Of a stretch of DNA of 64,000 nucleotides, positions 36,886 to 48,003 are shown in pieces. The notes beneath the pieces are model-generated. The model had not been told where the DNA came from. It was given only the letters and a program-made list of their open reading frames with translations, and did not search any database. Every line of letters begins with the position of its first letter. Position 1 is the stretch's first letter. A program made the translations under genes and the position numbers. Source of the stretch: Acidobacteria bacterium RIFCSPLOWO2_12_FULL_54_10 (GTDB taxonomy: Bacteria > Acidobacteriota > Terriglobia > 2-12-FULL-54-10); contig MEKX01000173.1 in the NCBI GenBank assembly GCA_001767075.1, positions 2,845 through 66,844 of the forward strand, written 5' to 3'.

Positions 36886-38703
36886 TTGTATCAGGTCATT
36901 GCTAGAACGTGGCGTCCGCAGCGCTTCTCCGAGGTCATCGGTCAAAAACACATCACGGAAACCTTGCAGAACGCCATTCGCAGAAGCCGCATCGGCCATG
37001 GTTATGTCTTTTCCGGTCAGCGTGGAACCGGCAAGACCTCTGTTGCGCGGTTATTTGCAAAAGCACTCAACTGCCATAGCGGACCTTCGCCCGAACCGTG
37101 CGGTGAATGTGATTCCTGTCTAGAGATAACGGCGGGTCGCGCCGTTGATGTCATTGAGATCGACGCCGCATCCAACCGTGGCATTGATGCTGTGCGTGAG
37201 CTTCGCGAGACCGCTCGTTATGCTCCCGCGCGCGATCGCTTCAAAGTTTTCATCATTGACGAAGCCCATCAAATCACACCGGAAGGCTTCAACGCACTGC
37301 TGAAAACCCTCGAGGAGCCTCCTTCGCACGTCGTCTTTCTGCTAGCCACCACTGAGGTTCATCAGTTTCCTGAGACCATCCTTTCCCGCTGTCAGCACTT
37401 CGCCTTTCGTGCCATTGGCTTCTCAGAAGTATTAGATCATCTGCAAAGAATATGCTCTGCGGAGAAAGTAGAAGCCAGCCCGGAAGCACTTGCTGCTTTG
37501 GCCGCCTCAGGAGAAGGCAGCATACGGGATTCACTCTCTCGACTCGAACAGGCTATCGCAGCATTCGGCAATCAATTGGAAGGGGAATCGGTACGCCGAC
37601 TGCTTGGCGCTGCGACAACTCAGTTGGTGGAAGCCGTTTTCTCCGCCGTGCATACCCATGACCGGCAGGCGATTCTGGAAGTTGTCGAACAACTTGTCAA
37701 AGACGGTTGCCAGTTGAACCATTTCTGTTCGCAGTTGATTCGTTCCGTTCGCAACCTCCTTGTGGTCCGCGTGGCCGGACCACTGCCACACCTATTGGAA
37801 TCCTCTCCCCAGGAAATTGAACGGCTGACAAAAACAGCACAACTGTTCTCAGAAGAAAATCTCCTGCGGTTTCTCGATATCCTCCTCCATCTGTACCAGG
37901 ACTTGCGCCACAGTATGGAGCCTCGCTTCCAGTTGGAGTTGGGGCTACTGAAATTGGTGGATGCTGAACGTCTCACTTCCATAGAGAGTTTACTGGCTCG
38001 ATTGGAAACCGGAGTTTCTCTGCCTTCATTAAAAACCACTACTAGTGGAGCTGAGACCAAGAACGGCTCGTCAACAACTCTGCCTGCAGCAGGCATGTCT
38101 AATGAAAGTAAGGCCGGAAAGGTATCGTATCCGACTAGCTCTGTTAGTCCCTTTGAACGAGATTTGCAGCGAAAAAAGGAGTTGAACTCTTCCGTCGCAA
38201 CTATAAGCGACGGGCAGATCGAACCCGTTTCACAACATACCAGCTCGTCTGCAACTGGGGATAAAAAACCCGCTTCATCGTCTCAAGATATCCACAGCCA
38301 TCAACCTTCTCGCGAAGAGGTTTGGGTTCATGAAGTACTCCACGCTCTCAAGGAACGCTCCAAACCTTTACTAGCTTCCTTTATCGAAGATGTCCAGCAG
38401 TGGGAGTTCGGTGAAAGAGAAGTAGTAATACGTCTGGCAAGCGGGATGACTCCGATGCTCGAAGCCGATCGACCGCTATTAAGTCAGATTGTGTCACAGA
38501 TAGCAGGTCGGCCGATTCAAGTTACTTTTGGCGAAGAATGGAAGCAGGCAAATACGAATTCCAAGAAAAGCACGCGCGGCGAGAAAGCATCGCAATCCGG
38601 AACAGGACCAGGAAACACGGTCATCCAGGATGCCGAAGTCCAAGAATTCGAGAAACTCTTTGGTAAACCGGTCACGAGTATCCGCCTCGGGAAGGGGAAA
38701 TAA
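36886..38703 (+). CDS. dnaX: DNA polymerase III subunits gamma/tau
   Basis: YQVIARTWRPQRFSEVIGQKHI, Walker A GQRGTGKTS, zinc module CGECDSC, DEAH box. TTG start with AGGAGA 7 nt upstream. In-frame A_AAA_AAG at 38172-38178. Confidence 0.9.
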   Translation: MYQVIARTWRPQRFSEVIGQKHITETLQNAIRRSRIGHGYVFSGQRGTGKTSVARLFAKALNCHSGPSPEPCGECDSCLEITAGRAVDVIEIDAASNRGIDAVRELRETARYAPARDRFKVFIIDEAHQITPEGFNALLKTLEEPPSHVVFLLATTEVHQFPETILSRCQHFAFRAIGFSEVLDHLQRICSAEKVEASPEALAALAASGEGSIRDSLSRLEQAIAAFGNQLEGESVRRLLGAATTQLVEAVFSAVHTHDRQAILEVVEQLVKDGCQLNHFCSQLIRSVRNLLVVRVAGPLPHLLESSPQEIERLTKTAQLFSEENLLRFLDILLHLYQDLRHSMEPRFQLELGLLKLVDAERLTSIESLLARLETGVSLPSLKTTTSGAETKNGSSTTLPAAGMSNESKAGKVSYPTSSVSPFERDLQRKKELNSSVATISDGQIEPVSQHTSSSATGDKKPASSSQDIHSHQPSREEVWVHEVLHALKERSKPLLASFIEDVQQWEFGEREVVIRLASGMTPMLEADRPLLSQIVSQIAGRPIQVTFGEEWKQANTNSKKSTRGEKASQSGTGPGNTVIQDAEVQEFEKLFGKPVTSIRLGKGK

Positions 38704-39008
38704 TGCGGAATTTGCAGCAGATGATGGGTCAAATGAAAAAAATGCAGGAAGAAATGCAGCAACAATTAGAGCAGCTTTGCGTTGAGGCTTCTTCCGGTGG
38801 TGGTTTGGTCAACATAACCATGAAAGGCAATAAGCAAATCGTTACAGTCAAAATAGATCCGGAAGTTCTTAAAGAAAATGACATTGAGATGCTGCAAGAT
38901 TTGATTCAGGCTGCGGTCAACGAAGCTTCGCGTAAAGTCGATGAGGCATTAGCATCTAAGATTGGAGGGCTGACTAGCGGCCTGAACATTCCAGGCCTAA
39001 ACTTTTAA
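38703..39008 (+). CDS. ybaB: nucleoid-associated protein YbaB/EbfC
   Basis: 101 aa. MRNLQQMMGQMKKMQEEMQQ...GGGLVNITMKGNKQIVTVKIDPEVL is the typical YbaB sequence. ATG overlaps the dnaX TAA by 1 nt. Confidence 0.9.
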   Translation: MRNLQQMMGQMKKMQEEMQQQLEQLCVEASSGGGLVNITMKGNKQIVTVKIDPEVLKENDIEMLQDLIQAAVNEASRKVDEALASKIGGLTSGLNIPGLNF

Positions 39009-39025
39009 CCAGCAGAACATGAATC

Positions 39026-39625
39026 ATGCTTGAATACGCTAAACCGCTAGCAAACCTAATAGACGAGCTCAAACGGCTGCCTGGTATTGGCGCGAAGTCC
39101 GCCCAGAGGATTGCATTTCACTTGTTAAAATCAGAGGCTGCAGAAGTCGACAGACTTTCTGATGCCATTAAGCATCTGAAGGAAAGTTTGAATCTCTGTG
39201 AAATATGCGGAAACATCACTGATGAGAATCCTTGCAACTATTGTTCAGACCCTGCACGTGATGCCAAGCTAATATGTTTTATTGAAGAACCCGCCAATAT
39301 TGCAACCATTGAAAACACCGGTCGGTATAGAGGGACCTATCACGTTCTTCATGGCGTATTATCTCCGTTGCAAGGTGTTGGTCCAGAACACCTTCGCATC
39401 GGAAGTCTGCTTGATAGAATCAAGAAAACTGCCGTTGAGGAAGTAATTCTTGCCACAAACCCTACTGCAGAAGGAGAAGCTACGGCTTTTTACTTGGCAA
39501 AACTTCTTAAGCCTCATGGCATCCGAATCTCCCGGATTGCCACCGGAATTCCGGTTGGTAGCGAGTTAGATTATGTCGATGCAGCTACGGTTTCCAGAGC
39601 TATGGAAGGCCGAAGAGAAATCTGA
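39026..39625 (+). CDS. recR: recombination protein RecR
   Basis: 199 aa. LIDELKRLPGIGAKSAQRIAFHLL (HhH), C4 zinc finger CEICGNITDENPCNYC, Toprim region. Confidence 0.92.
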   Translation: MLEYAKPLANLIDELKRLPGIGAKSAQRIAFHLLKSEAAEVDRLSDAIKHLKESLNLCEICGNITDENPCNYCSDPARDAKLICFIEEPANIATIENTGRYRGTYHVLHGVLSPLQGVGPEHLRIGSLLDRIKKTAVEEVILATNPTAEGEATAFYLAKLLKPHGIRISRIATGIPVGSELDYVDAATVSRAMEGRREI

Positions 39626-39647
39626 ATTACAAATTATTTGGAATAAA

Positions 39648-40631
39648 TTAAGGAACAGCTAATCTGCTGGCATCTGATCTGTTGCTGGAACTGGGTTCGG
39701 CATAATAACCCGAGCGGGTACGTACGCTGAGCTTGCCCAATTTTTTGGGTGCTGCAATTCGCACTTCAATCTTTCGAAATCCCCTGTCTAAAACACGGTT
39801 GGATGGATTGTAGGCCAGCACATACTGGTTTCTAATATCATTTGCAATTTGTGTCGCGATGGTTTGAACTTCTTCCACGTTATTAGGGAAAAAAGCCAGC
39901 CCCCCGGCAGCCTTCGAAATCTCCTCAAGCGCGCGCTTCGCACGCCTCGCGGAGCCAGCATTCTCTCCTCCTAACAAACCCACTGTATAGATCATAACGC
40001 CGGACTGCTGCACTGTTTTTACTGTGACCTCCAAAGCAAGCCGGCTCGCGTTATCCTCTCCATCCGTAATCACCAGCAGCACCTTTTTATCCTCTTTCCC
40101 TTTCTTTATGTGGTCGAGGGAAAGGTCCAGCGCATCATACAACCCTGTCCCTCCGCGGGCGTCGATTTTTTCCAGCGCCTCCTCCAGCAGTCGAATGCTG
40201 TCGGTGAAATCAGCATCGAGGAATGCTTCATCGTTAAAGTTAATAATAAAAACTTCGTCATTTGGATTGCTACTGCGCACAAATTTTAGCGCTGCTGCGC
40301 TCACTCCTTTGCGTTTATCTCTCATGCTGCCGCTGTTATCAACGATGATTCCAACCGATACCGGTAGATCCTCTCGTTTAAACACGTTGATCTGCTGCAA
40401 TACACCATTTTCGAATATCTGAAAATGCTCTTGAAGAAGACCAGGCACGGGTTTTCCATCCGTGCCGGTTACTGTAGCGTGAAGTACAACCAGGTCGGTT
40501 TCGACTTTAAGACGGAAACCATCTGGCTCGTCAGGCGGTGGTGGAATTTGCGCAGCTAAACTTACTGAGATCAGAAAGAATATTCCTGCAATGAGCAGAG
40601 CTTTGGAGGGTACAGCGACGTTGAATAGCAT
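39648..40631 (-). CDS. VWA domain protein, acidobacterial VWFA-related family (TIGR03436-like), paralogue 1
   Basis: N-terminal TM/signal. FRLKVETDLVVLHATVTGTDGKPVPGLLQEHFQIFENGVLQQINVF...VGIIVDNSGSM (MIDAS DxSxS), LVITDGEDNAS. Confidence 0.8.
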   Translation of the reverse strand: MLFNVAVPSKALLIAGIFFLISVSLAAQIPPPPDEPDGFRLKVETDLVVLHATVTGTDGKPVPGLLQEHFQIFENGVLQQINVFKREDLPVSVGIIVDNSGSMRDKRKGVSAAALKFVRSSNPNDEVFIINFNDEAFLDADFTDSIRLLEEALEKIDARGGTGLYDALDLSLDHIKKGKEDKKVLLVITDGEDNASRLALEVTVKTVQQSGVMIYTVGLLGGENAGSARRAKRALEEISKAAGGLAFFPNNVEEVQTIATQIANDIRNQYVLAYNPSNRVLDRGFRKIEVRIAAPKKLGKLSVRTRSGYYAEPSSSNRSDASRLAVP

Positions 40632-40647
40632 CTTGAGAAATTATACG

Positions 40648-41637
40648 TTATTGTTGCGGCGCATAATAACCGGCTTTGTTAAAGACTTGGAGCGGAGGCA
40701 GCCCACGGGGCACATCAAGCTTTAACTGAACCTTTCTCCACTTTCCGTCACGAGTTGCATTGGTCGGACGGTAACCGAGCACGTACAAACTACGCAGTTC
40801 TTTACCTATTTTTCGAGCTATATCTGGCAGATCGTTTAAGTTCTCTACTGGGAATTGGCGCCCCCCGGTCATTTCTGCAATCTCGCTCAAGAGACCCGGC
40901 CCCGCTAACTCCTCCGGCGTACGCGAGCGGTTTCCATAAGGTTCGTAAATCCCGATGGCGTAGACCTGCACGTCAGCCTCTTTCACCAGTTGTCTAATGT
41001 CTCTCTCTGTATACCGGCTGTTATTATCTCCACCATCGGAAAAGATTAAAAGCACCTTCCTGGAATGTTTGGCTTTCTTCATCTCATGCATTCCAAGATA
41101 GATCGCGTCGAACAAAGCCGTCCGGCCTTTCGCATCCGTGAAATTCAGCTTGCTGAGGAGCGCATTGCTTTCCTGGGTAAAATTGGCTACTTGGAAGGGA
41201 CGGTCATTAAATCCGATTAAGAAGAATTCATCCCCGGGATTAGCGGTGCGGAAAAACTGAGCAACAGCCATGCGTGCTTTATCCAGTTTATCGGACATGC
41301 TGCCGCTGGCGTCGAAAAGCAAACCCACTGATATGGGTACATCCTCTGTCGAGAAGTGGGCTATTTTCTGCCTGGTCTTATCCTCGAAAATCTCGAAGTG
41401 CTCTTCCCCAAGTCCAGTAACAAATCGATTGAAAGGATCAATGACGCTGACATTGACCAAGACTAGGTCAACTTCCACCCGGATCGGTCTTTGCTGTTCC
41501 GGTTCTTCAGCCTGCTCTGATTGAGCATCAGCTACAACGGAATCGGCAAGGTGGTGATCCGTGCCGAGTAAAACTGTAGCTGAGATTCCGATGCATAAAA
41601 GCAAAGCCAGTAGTATACGGTTTCGTCTCCGGAACAT
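40648..41637 (-). CDS. VWA domain protein, acidobacterial VWFA-related family (TIGR03436-like), paralogue 2
   Basis: Same architecture as 39648..40631: IRVEVDLVLVNVSVIDPFNRFVTGLGEEHFEIFEDKTRQKIAHF...VGLLFDASGSM, LIFSDGGDNNS. 16-bp spacer between the two genes. Confidence 0.8.
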   Translation of the reverse strand: MFRRRNRILLALLLCIGISATVLLGTDHHLADSVVADAQSEQAEEPEQQRPIRVEVDLVLVNVSVIDPFNRFVTGLGEEHFEIFEDKTRQKIAHFSTEDVPISVGLLFDASGSMSDKLDKARMAVAQFFRTANPGDEFFLIGFNDRPFQVANFTQESNALLSKLNFTDAKGRTALFDAIYLGMHEMKKAKHSRKVLLIFSDGGDNNSRYTERDIRQLVKEADVQVYAIGIYEPYGNRSRTPEELAGPGLLSEIAEMTGGRQFPVENLNDLPDIARKIGKELRSLYVLGYRPTNATRDGKWRKVQLKLDVPRGLPPLQVFNKAGYYAPQQ

Positions 41638-41847
41638 AACGCCCTCACGCCGGACTTCTTAGAACCGCTGCAAAGATATTTTCATCTACGCTTAGGGTAA
41701 TTCTACATTAGATTTCCCCTTTGTGATAAAATTTGATTCTTTAAGGAAGCGAGCGGGTGGAAATCTCGATAATACAGCCAGCCACCAGAGATAATGTTGC
41801 ATTCAATTCCGAACCCTTTTTGCCTCTCGAAACCTATAGTTATATAA

Positions 41848-43614
<1,767 letters not shown>

Positions 43615-43626
43615 TCCTTGTAAAAA

Positions 43627-44472
43627 ATGACAGACAAGGAAAACAAGCAGAAAGAATTTCGCGTGGGTAACAACCTTCTCATGGGCGGCGATACCTTCTT
43701 CCTGATCGCAGGCCCCTGTGTCATCGAAAGTGAAAGTCATGTGCTCTACATGGCCCGCGCCATTCTGGAAATTACCAAACGGCTGGGCATTCCATACATT
43801 TTTAAAGCATCGTTTGATAAAGCAAACAGAACCAGCCTGCATTCCTACCGTGGTCCAGGATTGGAAAAGGGGCTGGAAATCCTTAATCATGTGAAACAAG
43901 AAACTGGATTGCCGCTCCTGACGGATATTCACGAGCATTCGCAAGCAGCACCAGTCGCGGAGGTCTGTGATGTCCTGCAGATTCCGGCTTTCCTTTCCCG
44001 CCAAACGGATTTGCTTTTGGCGGCTGGACGCACGGGCGCTGTTGTGAATATTAAAAAGGGGCAGTTCATATCGCCTCAAGAGGTGAAACACGCAGTAGAA
44101 AAAGTTCGCAGCACGGGTAATGATCGCATCATGCTGACCGAGCGTGGAACTAGCTTCGGTTATAATAATTTGGTAGTGGATATGCGTTCTCTCGCTATTC
44201 TTCGGGGGTACGGTTTTCCCGTGGTGTTGGATGTGACGCATAGTGTGCAACTTCCTGGGGGAACTGGGCAAGCTAGCGGAGGACAGCCGGAATTTATAGA
44301 ACCGCTAGCTCGTGCCGGCGTCGGCGTCGGCATAGATGGTGTGTTTCTTGAGGTTCATGACAATCCATCAGCAGCTTTATCTGACGGGACAAATGCCCTG
44401 CCTCTTTCCAAACTGGAAGGCTTGCTGGAACGCCTGCTGAAAATAGATCGAGTGGTGCGCCCTTGGCTTTGA
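43627..44472 (+). CDS. kdsA: 3-deoxy-8-phosphooctulonate (KDO8P) synthase
   Basis: 281 aa. FFLIAGPCVIESE, FKASFDKANRTS, LQIPAFLSRQTDLL, VLDVTHSVQLPGG. Confidence 0.9.
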   Translation: MTDKENKQKEFRVGNNLLMGGDTFFLIAGPCVIESESHVLYMARAILEITKRLGIPYIFKASFDKANRTSLHSYRGPGLEKGLEILNHVKQETGLPLLTDIHEHSQAAPVAEVCDVLQIPAFLSRQTDLLLAAGRTGAVVNIKKGQFISPQEVKHAVEKVRSTGNDRIMLTERGTSFGYNNLVVDMRSLAILRGYGFPVVLDVTHSVQLPGGTGQASGGQPEFIEPLARAGVGVGIDGVFLEVHDNPSAALSDGTNALPLSKLEGLLERLLKIDRVVRPWL

Positions 44473-45500
44473 AATCGGATACGAAGAATAAACAATTTAT
44501 TACCAGAGCATCCGAGGCCACATTCTCTGCTCTGGAAACCGCCCGGAATGTTTTGCTTACAGAATCCGCTGCTATTGCTCGCCTGGCAAAAAGACTGGAT
44601 GAAAACTTTGAACGTGTTCTGGATTTGTTAGCTGGAACCCGCGGCAGGCTGATCGTAACGGGTATGGGAAAATCAGGACTTGTAGCCAAAAAAATCGCGG
44701 CTACGTTTTCCAGTACCGGCACTCCGTCGTTTTTCCTTCATCCGGCTGAAGCCATTCACGGCGATTTGGGAATGATGGTATCTGGGGATACGGTAATCGC
44801 TCTTTCTTACAGCGGTGAGACGGAGGAGATACTCCGTCTTCTAGATCGAATTAAGCGTTTGGGAATACCTTTGATTACAATGACGGGGAACCGAACTTCC
44901 ACGTTGGCACAAGCCAGCGATGTCATTCTAGATGTGAGTATTGAAAAAGAAGCCTGCTCGTTGAATCTTGCTCCCACAGCTAGCACGACTGCATCGCTGG
45001 CTATGGGCGATGCGCTCGCCATTGCATTGCTAGAACGCCGGGGCTTCAAAGAGGAAGACTTTGCGGAACTGCATCCAGGCGGAGAACTGGGTCGCAAAAT
45101 GCGCCGTGTCGAGCATTTGATGCATCCTGTGGAAGCAATAGCAGTTGTCCAGCCGGAAGCTCCGTTGCGCGATGTTATCGAAAAAATCTCTAGCGCCGTT
45201 GGTCCGGATGGCAGATCATTTGGTGTCGCCTTTGTTGTAGATGAAAAATTGCACCTTCTTGGAATTATCACCGATGGAGACTTGAGACGTTTAATCCAAA
45301 CGAAACCCAATCTGTTGGATTTAACAGCCTCTCAGTGTATGACTTCTAATCCAACCACAATTAGACGTCAGGAACTAGCAACCGCAGCGCTTCATCTGAT
45401 GGAGTCACGAAAAATCTCTTCCCTGCCAGTTGCAAGTCCGGATGGCATTCTCGAAGGTTTACTCCATCTGCAAGACCTATGGACAACGCAAATGTTTTGA
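44463..45500 (+). CDS. kdsD: arabinose-5-phosphate isomerase (KdsD/KpsF; SIS + tandem CBS)
   Basis: GRLIVTGMGKSGLVAKKIAATFSSTG (SIS), two CBS-like repeats at the C-terminus. Only a TTG start (44463) precedes the conserved region; it overlaps the kdsA end by 10 nt. Confidence 0.85.
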   Translation: MALKSDTKNKQFITRASEATFSALETARNVLLTESAAIARLAKRLDENFERVLDLLAGTRGRLIVTGMGKSGLVAKKIAATFSSTGTPSFFLHPAEAIHGDLGMMVSGDTVIALSYSGETEEILRLLDRIKRLGIPLITMTGNRTSTLAQASDVILDVSIEKEACSLNLAPTASTTASLAMGDALAIALLERRGFKEEDFAELHPGGELGRKMRRVEHLMHPVEAIAVVQPEAPLRDVIEKISSAVGPDGRSFGVAFVVDEKLHLLGIITDGDLRRLIQTKPNLLDLTASQCMTSNPTTIRRQELATAALHLMESRKISSLPVASPDGILEGLLHLQDLWTTQMF

Positions 45501-45589
45501 TCCCCCAGCCCGCTTTACATTCCGATACGTCTATTTTTCTGAATAATTGGGGTAGGATGTAAGATTCGATCATAAGGGAAAATTTAACC

Positions 45590-46507
45590 TTGTCGGCAAA
45601 CTCATCGAAACTCTGCGTTCAGGTTCCAGCCAGTACTGCCAATTTGGGACCAGGATTTGACGTTTTAGGCATGGCGCTGGGACTACATCTACGATGTACT
45701 CTGACAGAATCGTCTGATGGATTTCATATCGTAGCCTCCGGCACGGATGCCGACACAATCACCAAAGATGAAACTAATCTGATTTGGAGGGCTTTTTCCC
45801 GCTTGGCCGGAGGAAAAGAGAATCACAACTTCCAATTGGAAATTGACAACCACATTCCCATCGGAAAAGGTTTAGGCAGCAGCGCGGCTGCCACCGTTGC
45901 AGGATTGGCGCTAGCGAATGAATGGCACAATTTCGGCCACGGAAAAGAGAAGCTTATCCGCATCGCTACGGAAATGGAAGGCCATCCTGACAACGTTGCG
46001 GCTGCGGCGCGCGGTGGATTGGTAATGAGTTGTCAAACGGATGATGGGGATGTTATTTCTTTGAACATCGAGACTCAAGGTGTACTGGAAATAGCATTGG
46101 TTGTTCCACAATTTAAGCTCTCTACGGAGAAAGCCCGATCCGCACTGCCTGCAAGTTATTCTCGCAAGGATGCAGTTTTCAATCTTCAGCGGTTAGCTCT
46201 TCTTTTGGCTTCTCTCCGAGATGGGCATCATGAATTGCTGGCGGAAGCGATGCGAGATCGCATGCATCAGCCGTTTAGGGCGGCGCTCATTCCTGGCTTT
46301 GCGGAGATGCTAAAGCTAAAAGGTATACCAGGTATGCACGGGATTGCGCTCAGCGGCGCTGGTCCTAGCGTGCTAGCACTTTGTTCTAAGAATACGTTTT
46401 CTGCTGGAGAGGCTATTTCCTCGATTTTCCGTAAGCACGGCATCGAATCGAAACTATATAATCTTCCTGTAGATTCTCACGGACTAGTAGTTGAGTGGGC
46501 AAAATGA
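45590..46507 (+). CDS. thrB: homoserine kinase
   Basis: VPASTANLGPGFDVLGMAL, GHMP motif PIGKGLGSSAAATVAG. 305 aa. TTG start. Confidence 0.88.
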   Translation: MSANSSKLCVQVPASTANLGPGFDVLGMALGLHLRCTLTESSDGFHIVASGTDADTITKDETNLIWRAFSRLAGGKENHNFQLEIDNHIPIGKGLGSSAAATVAGLALANEWHNFGHGKEKLIRIATEMEGHPDNVAAAARGGLVMSCQTDDGDVISLNIETQGVLEIALVVPQFKLSTEKARSALPASYSRKDAVFNLQRLALLLASLRDGHHELLAEAMRDRMHQPFRAALIPGFAEMLKLKGIPGMHGIALSGAGPSVLALCSKNTFSAGEAISSIFRKHGIESKLYNLPVDSHGLVVEWAK

Positions 46508-47859
46508 AAATCGGAACGGCGACAACAATGGTTACTTTGCGATGTATCGATCATCAATGCAATACAAGCTTCCCAGCTTCCAGTTCGATGACACATTGCC
46601 ATTGTGGGAATCTCTTGGATGTTCATTATGATTGGCCCGATCTAAACCCGCGGGAACTCAAAGAAACCTGGACGTCGCGCCGTACGTCGATGCTCCCGGA
46701 GGATCAAAGTGGCGTATGGCGCTATCGCGAATTGATACCGTACCTTTCTCCCGAAGCGAAAATCATTACGTTAAGAGAAGGCAATACGCCATTGTTGAAA
46801 GCTCCTCGTGCAGCAGCCTACGCAGGGCTGGATGAAATCCAGTTCAAGCACCAAGGGTTCAATCCAACGGGTTCGTTCAAGGATAATGGCATGACAACGG
46901 GCGTTTCCCAAGCGGCTGCCTTGGGGAAAAAAGTGGTTGCCTGCGTCAGTACCGGCAACACTTCCGCATCGATGGGTGCATACGCAGCCTGCGGCGATTT
47001 AAAAGCTGTGATTTTTATCCCCGCAGGGCAAATTGCTACCGGAAAACTTTCCCAAGCCCTTGATTATGGTGCATTGACCATTCAAGTGGATGCGAATTTT
47101 GATGTAACTTGGAAGCTGGTCTCTGGATTGGTTGAAGAAGCTGGGATTTATTTACTAAATTCCGTCAATCCCTATCGCATCGAAGGTCAGAAGACGATTG
47201 CTGTAGAACTTTTAGATCAAATGCGCTGGGAGATACCCGACTGGATTGTATTGCCGGGCGGAAACTTGGGGAATAGCTCCGCTTTTGGAAAAGGTTTGCG
47301 GGAACTGCACCAATTAGGATTTATAACCCGTCTGCCTCGGCTAGCGATCATTCAGGCCGAAGGCTCTGCCCCCTTATCCCAATTGCTTGAGCGCGCAAGA
47401 ACTGAGAAAAAATCTCCTTATGAACTTGGATTGCTGCCTGTATTGAACCCACAGACTCTCGCAACTGCCATCAAGATTGGGGCTCCTGCCTCATGGAAAA
47501 AGGCCTTAAGAGAACTGGAGGCTACCCAAGGTGTATGCATCTCAGTATCCGAACAGGAAATTGCGGATGCCAAGGCCGTGATCGGACAATCTGGAATCGG
47601 GTGCGAACCCGCATCAGCAGCTACATTGGCTGGAATCCGCAGATTGGTAGCTGAAAAGCAAATCCGGAAATCGGACAACGTAGTAGCTGTACTCACCGGC
47701 AACCTGCTCAAAGATCCTGCTTATACGCTCGCCTACCATCAAGGCACCCTTTCCTTTAGCAAAGAAAATCAGCAAATCCCTATCCAGTCAAATTTCGGAA
47801 ATCAGCCCAATTCAGTTCCTCCCGATTTAGAACAAATCAAAAAGCTTCTATCTCAGTAG
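46504..47859 (+). CDS. thrC: threonine synthase
   Basis: PLP-lysine motif FNPTGSFKDNGM, CVSTGNTSASM. ATG 46504 overlaps the thrB TGA (ATGA); the track start 46495 is GTG. Confidence 0.88.
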   Translation: MKIGTATTMVTLRCIDHQCNTSFPASSSMTHCHCGNLLDVHYDWPDLNPRELKETWTSRRTSMLPEDQSGVWRYRELIPYLSPEAKIITLREGNTPLLKAPRAAAYAGLDEIQFKHQGFNPTGSFKDNGMTTGVSQAAALGKKVVACVSTGNTSASMGAYAACGDLKAVIFIPAGQIATGKLSQALDYGALTIQVDANFDVTWKLVSGLVEEAGIYLLNSVNPYRIEGQKTIAVELLDQMRWEIPDWIVLPGGNLGNSSAFGKGLRELHQLGFITRLPRLAIIQAEGSAPLSQLLERARTEKKSPYELGLLPVLNPQTLATAIKIGAPASWKKALRELEATQGVCISVSEQEIADAKAVIGQSGIGCEPASAATLAGIRRLVAEKQIRKSDNVVAVLTGNLLKDPAYTLAYHQGTLSFSKENQQIPIQSNFGNQPNSVPPDLEQIKKLLSQ

Positions 47860-48003
47860 ATTCGCCAACAGCCTTATTTTACAATCAGTTGGAGACTCTT
47901 CCGATTTTATTTCGATACGATAATTCAAGTAGACGAATCAGTTAATTAGCCGATAGATACAGTTATAAGTTGCTATTCCCGTGTCTGGGAGAGGTGTTTT
48001 AGC

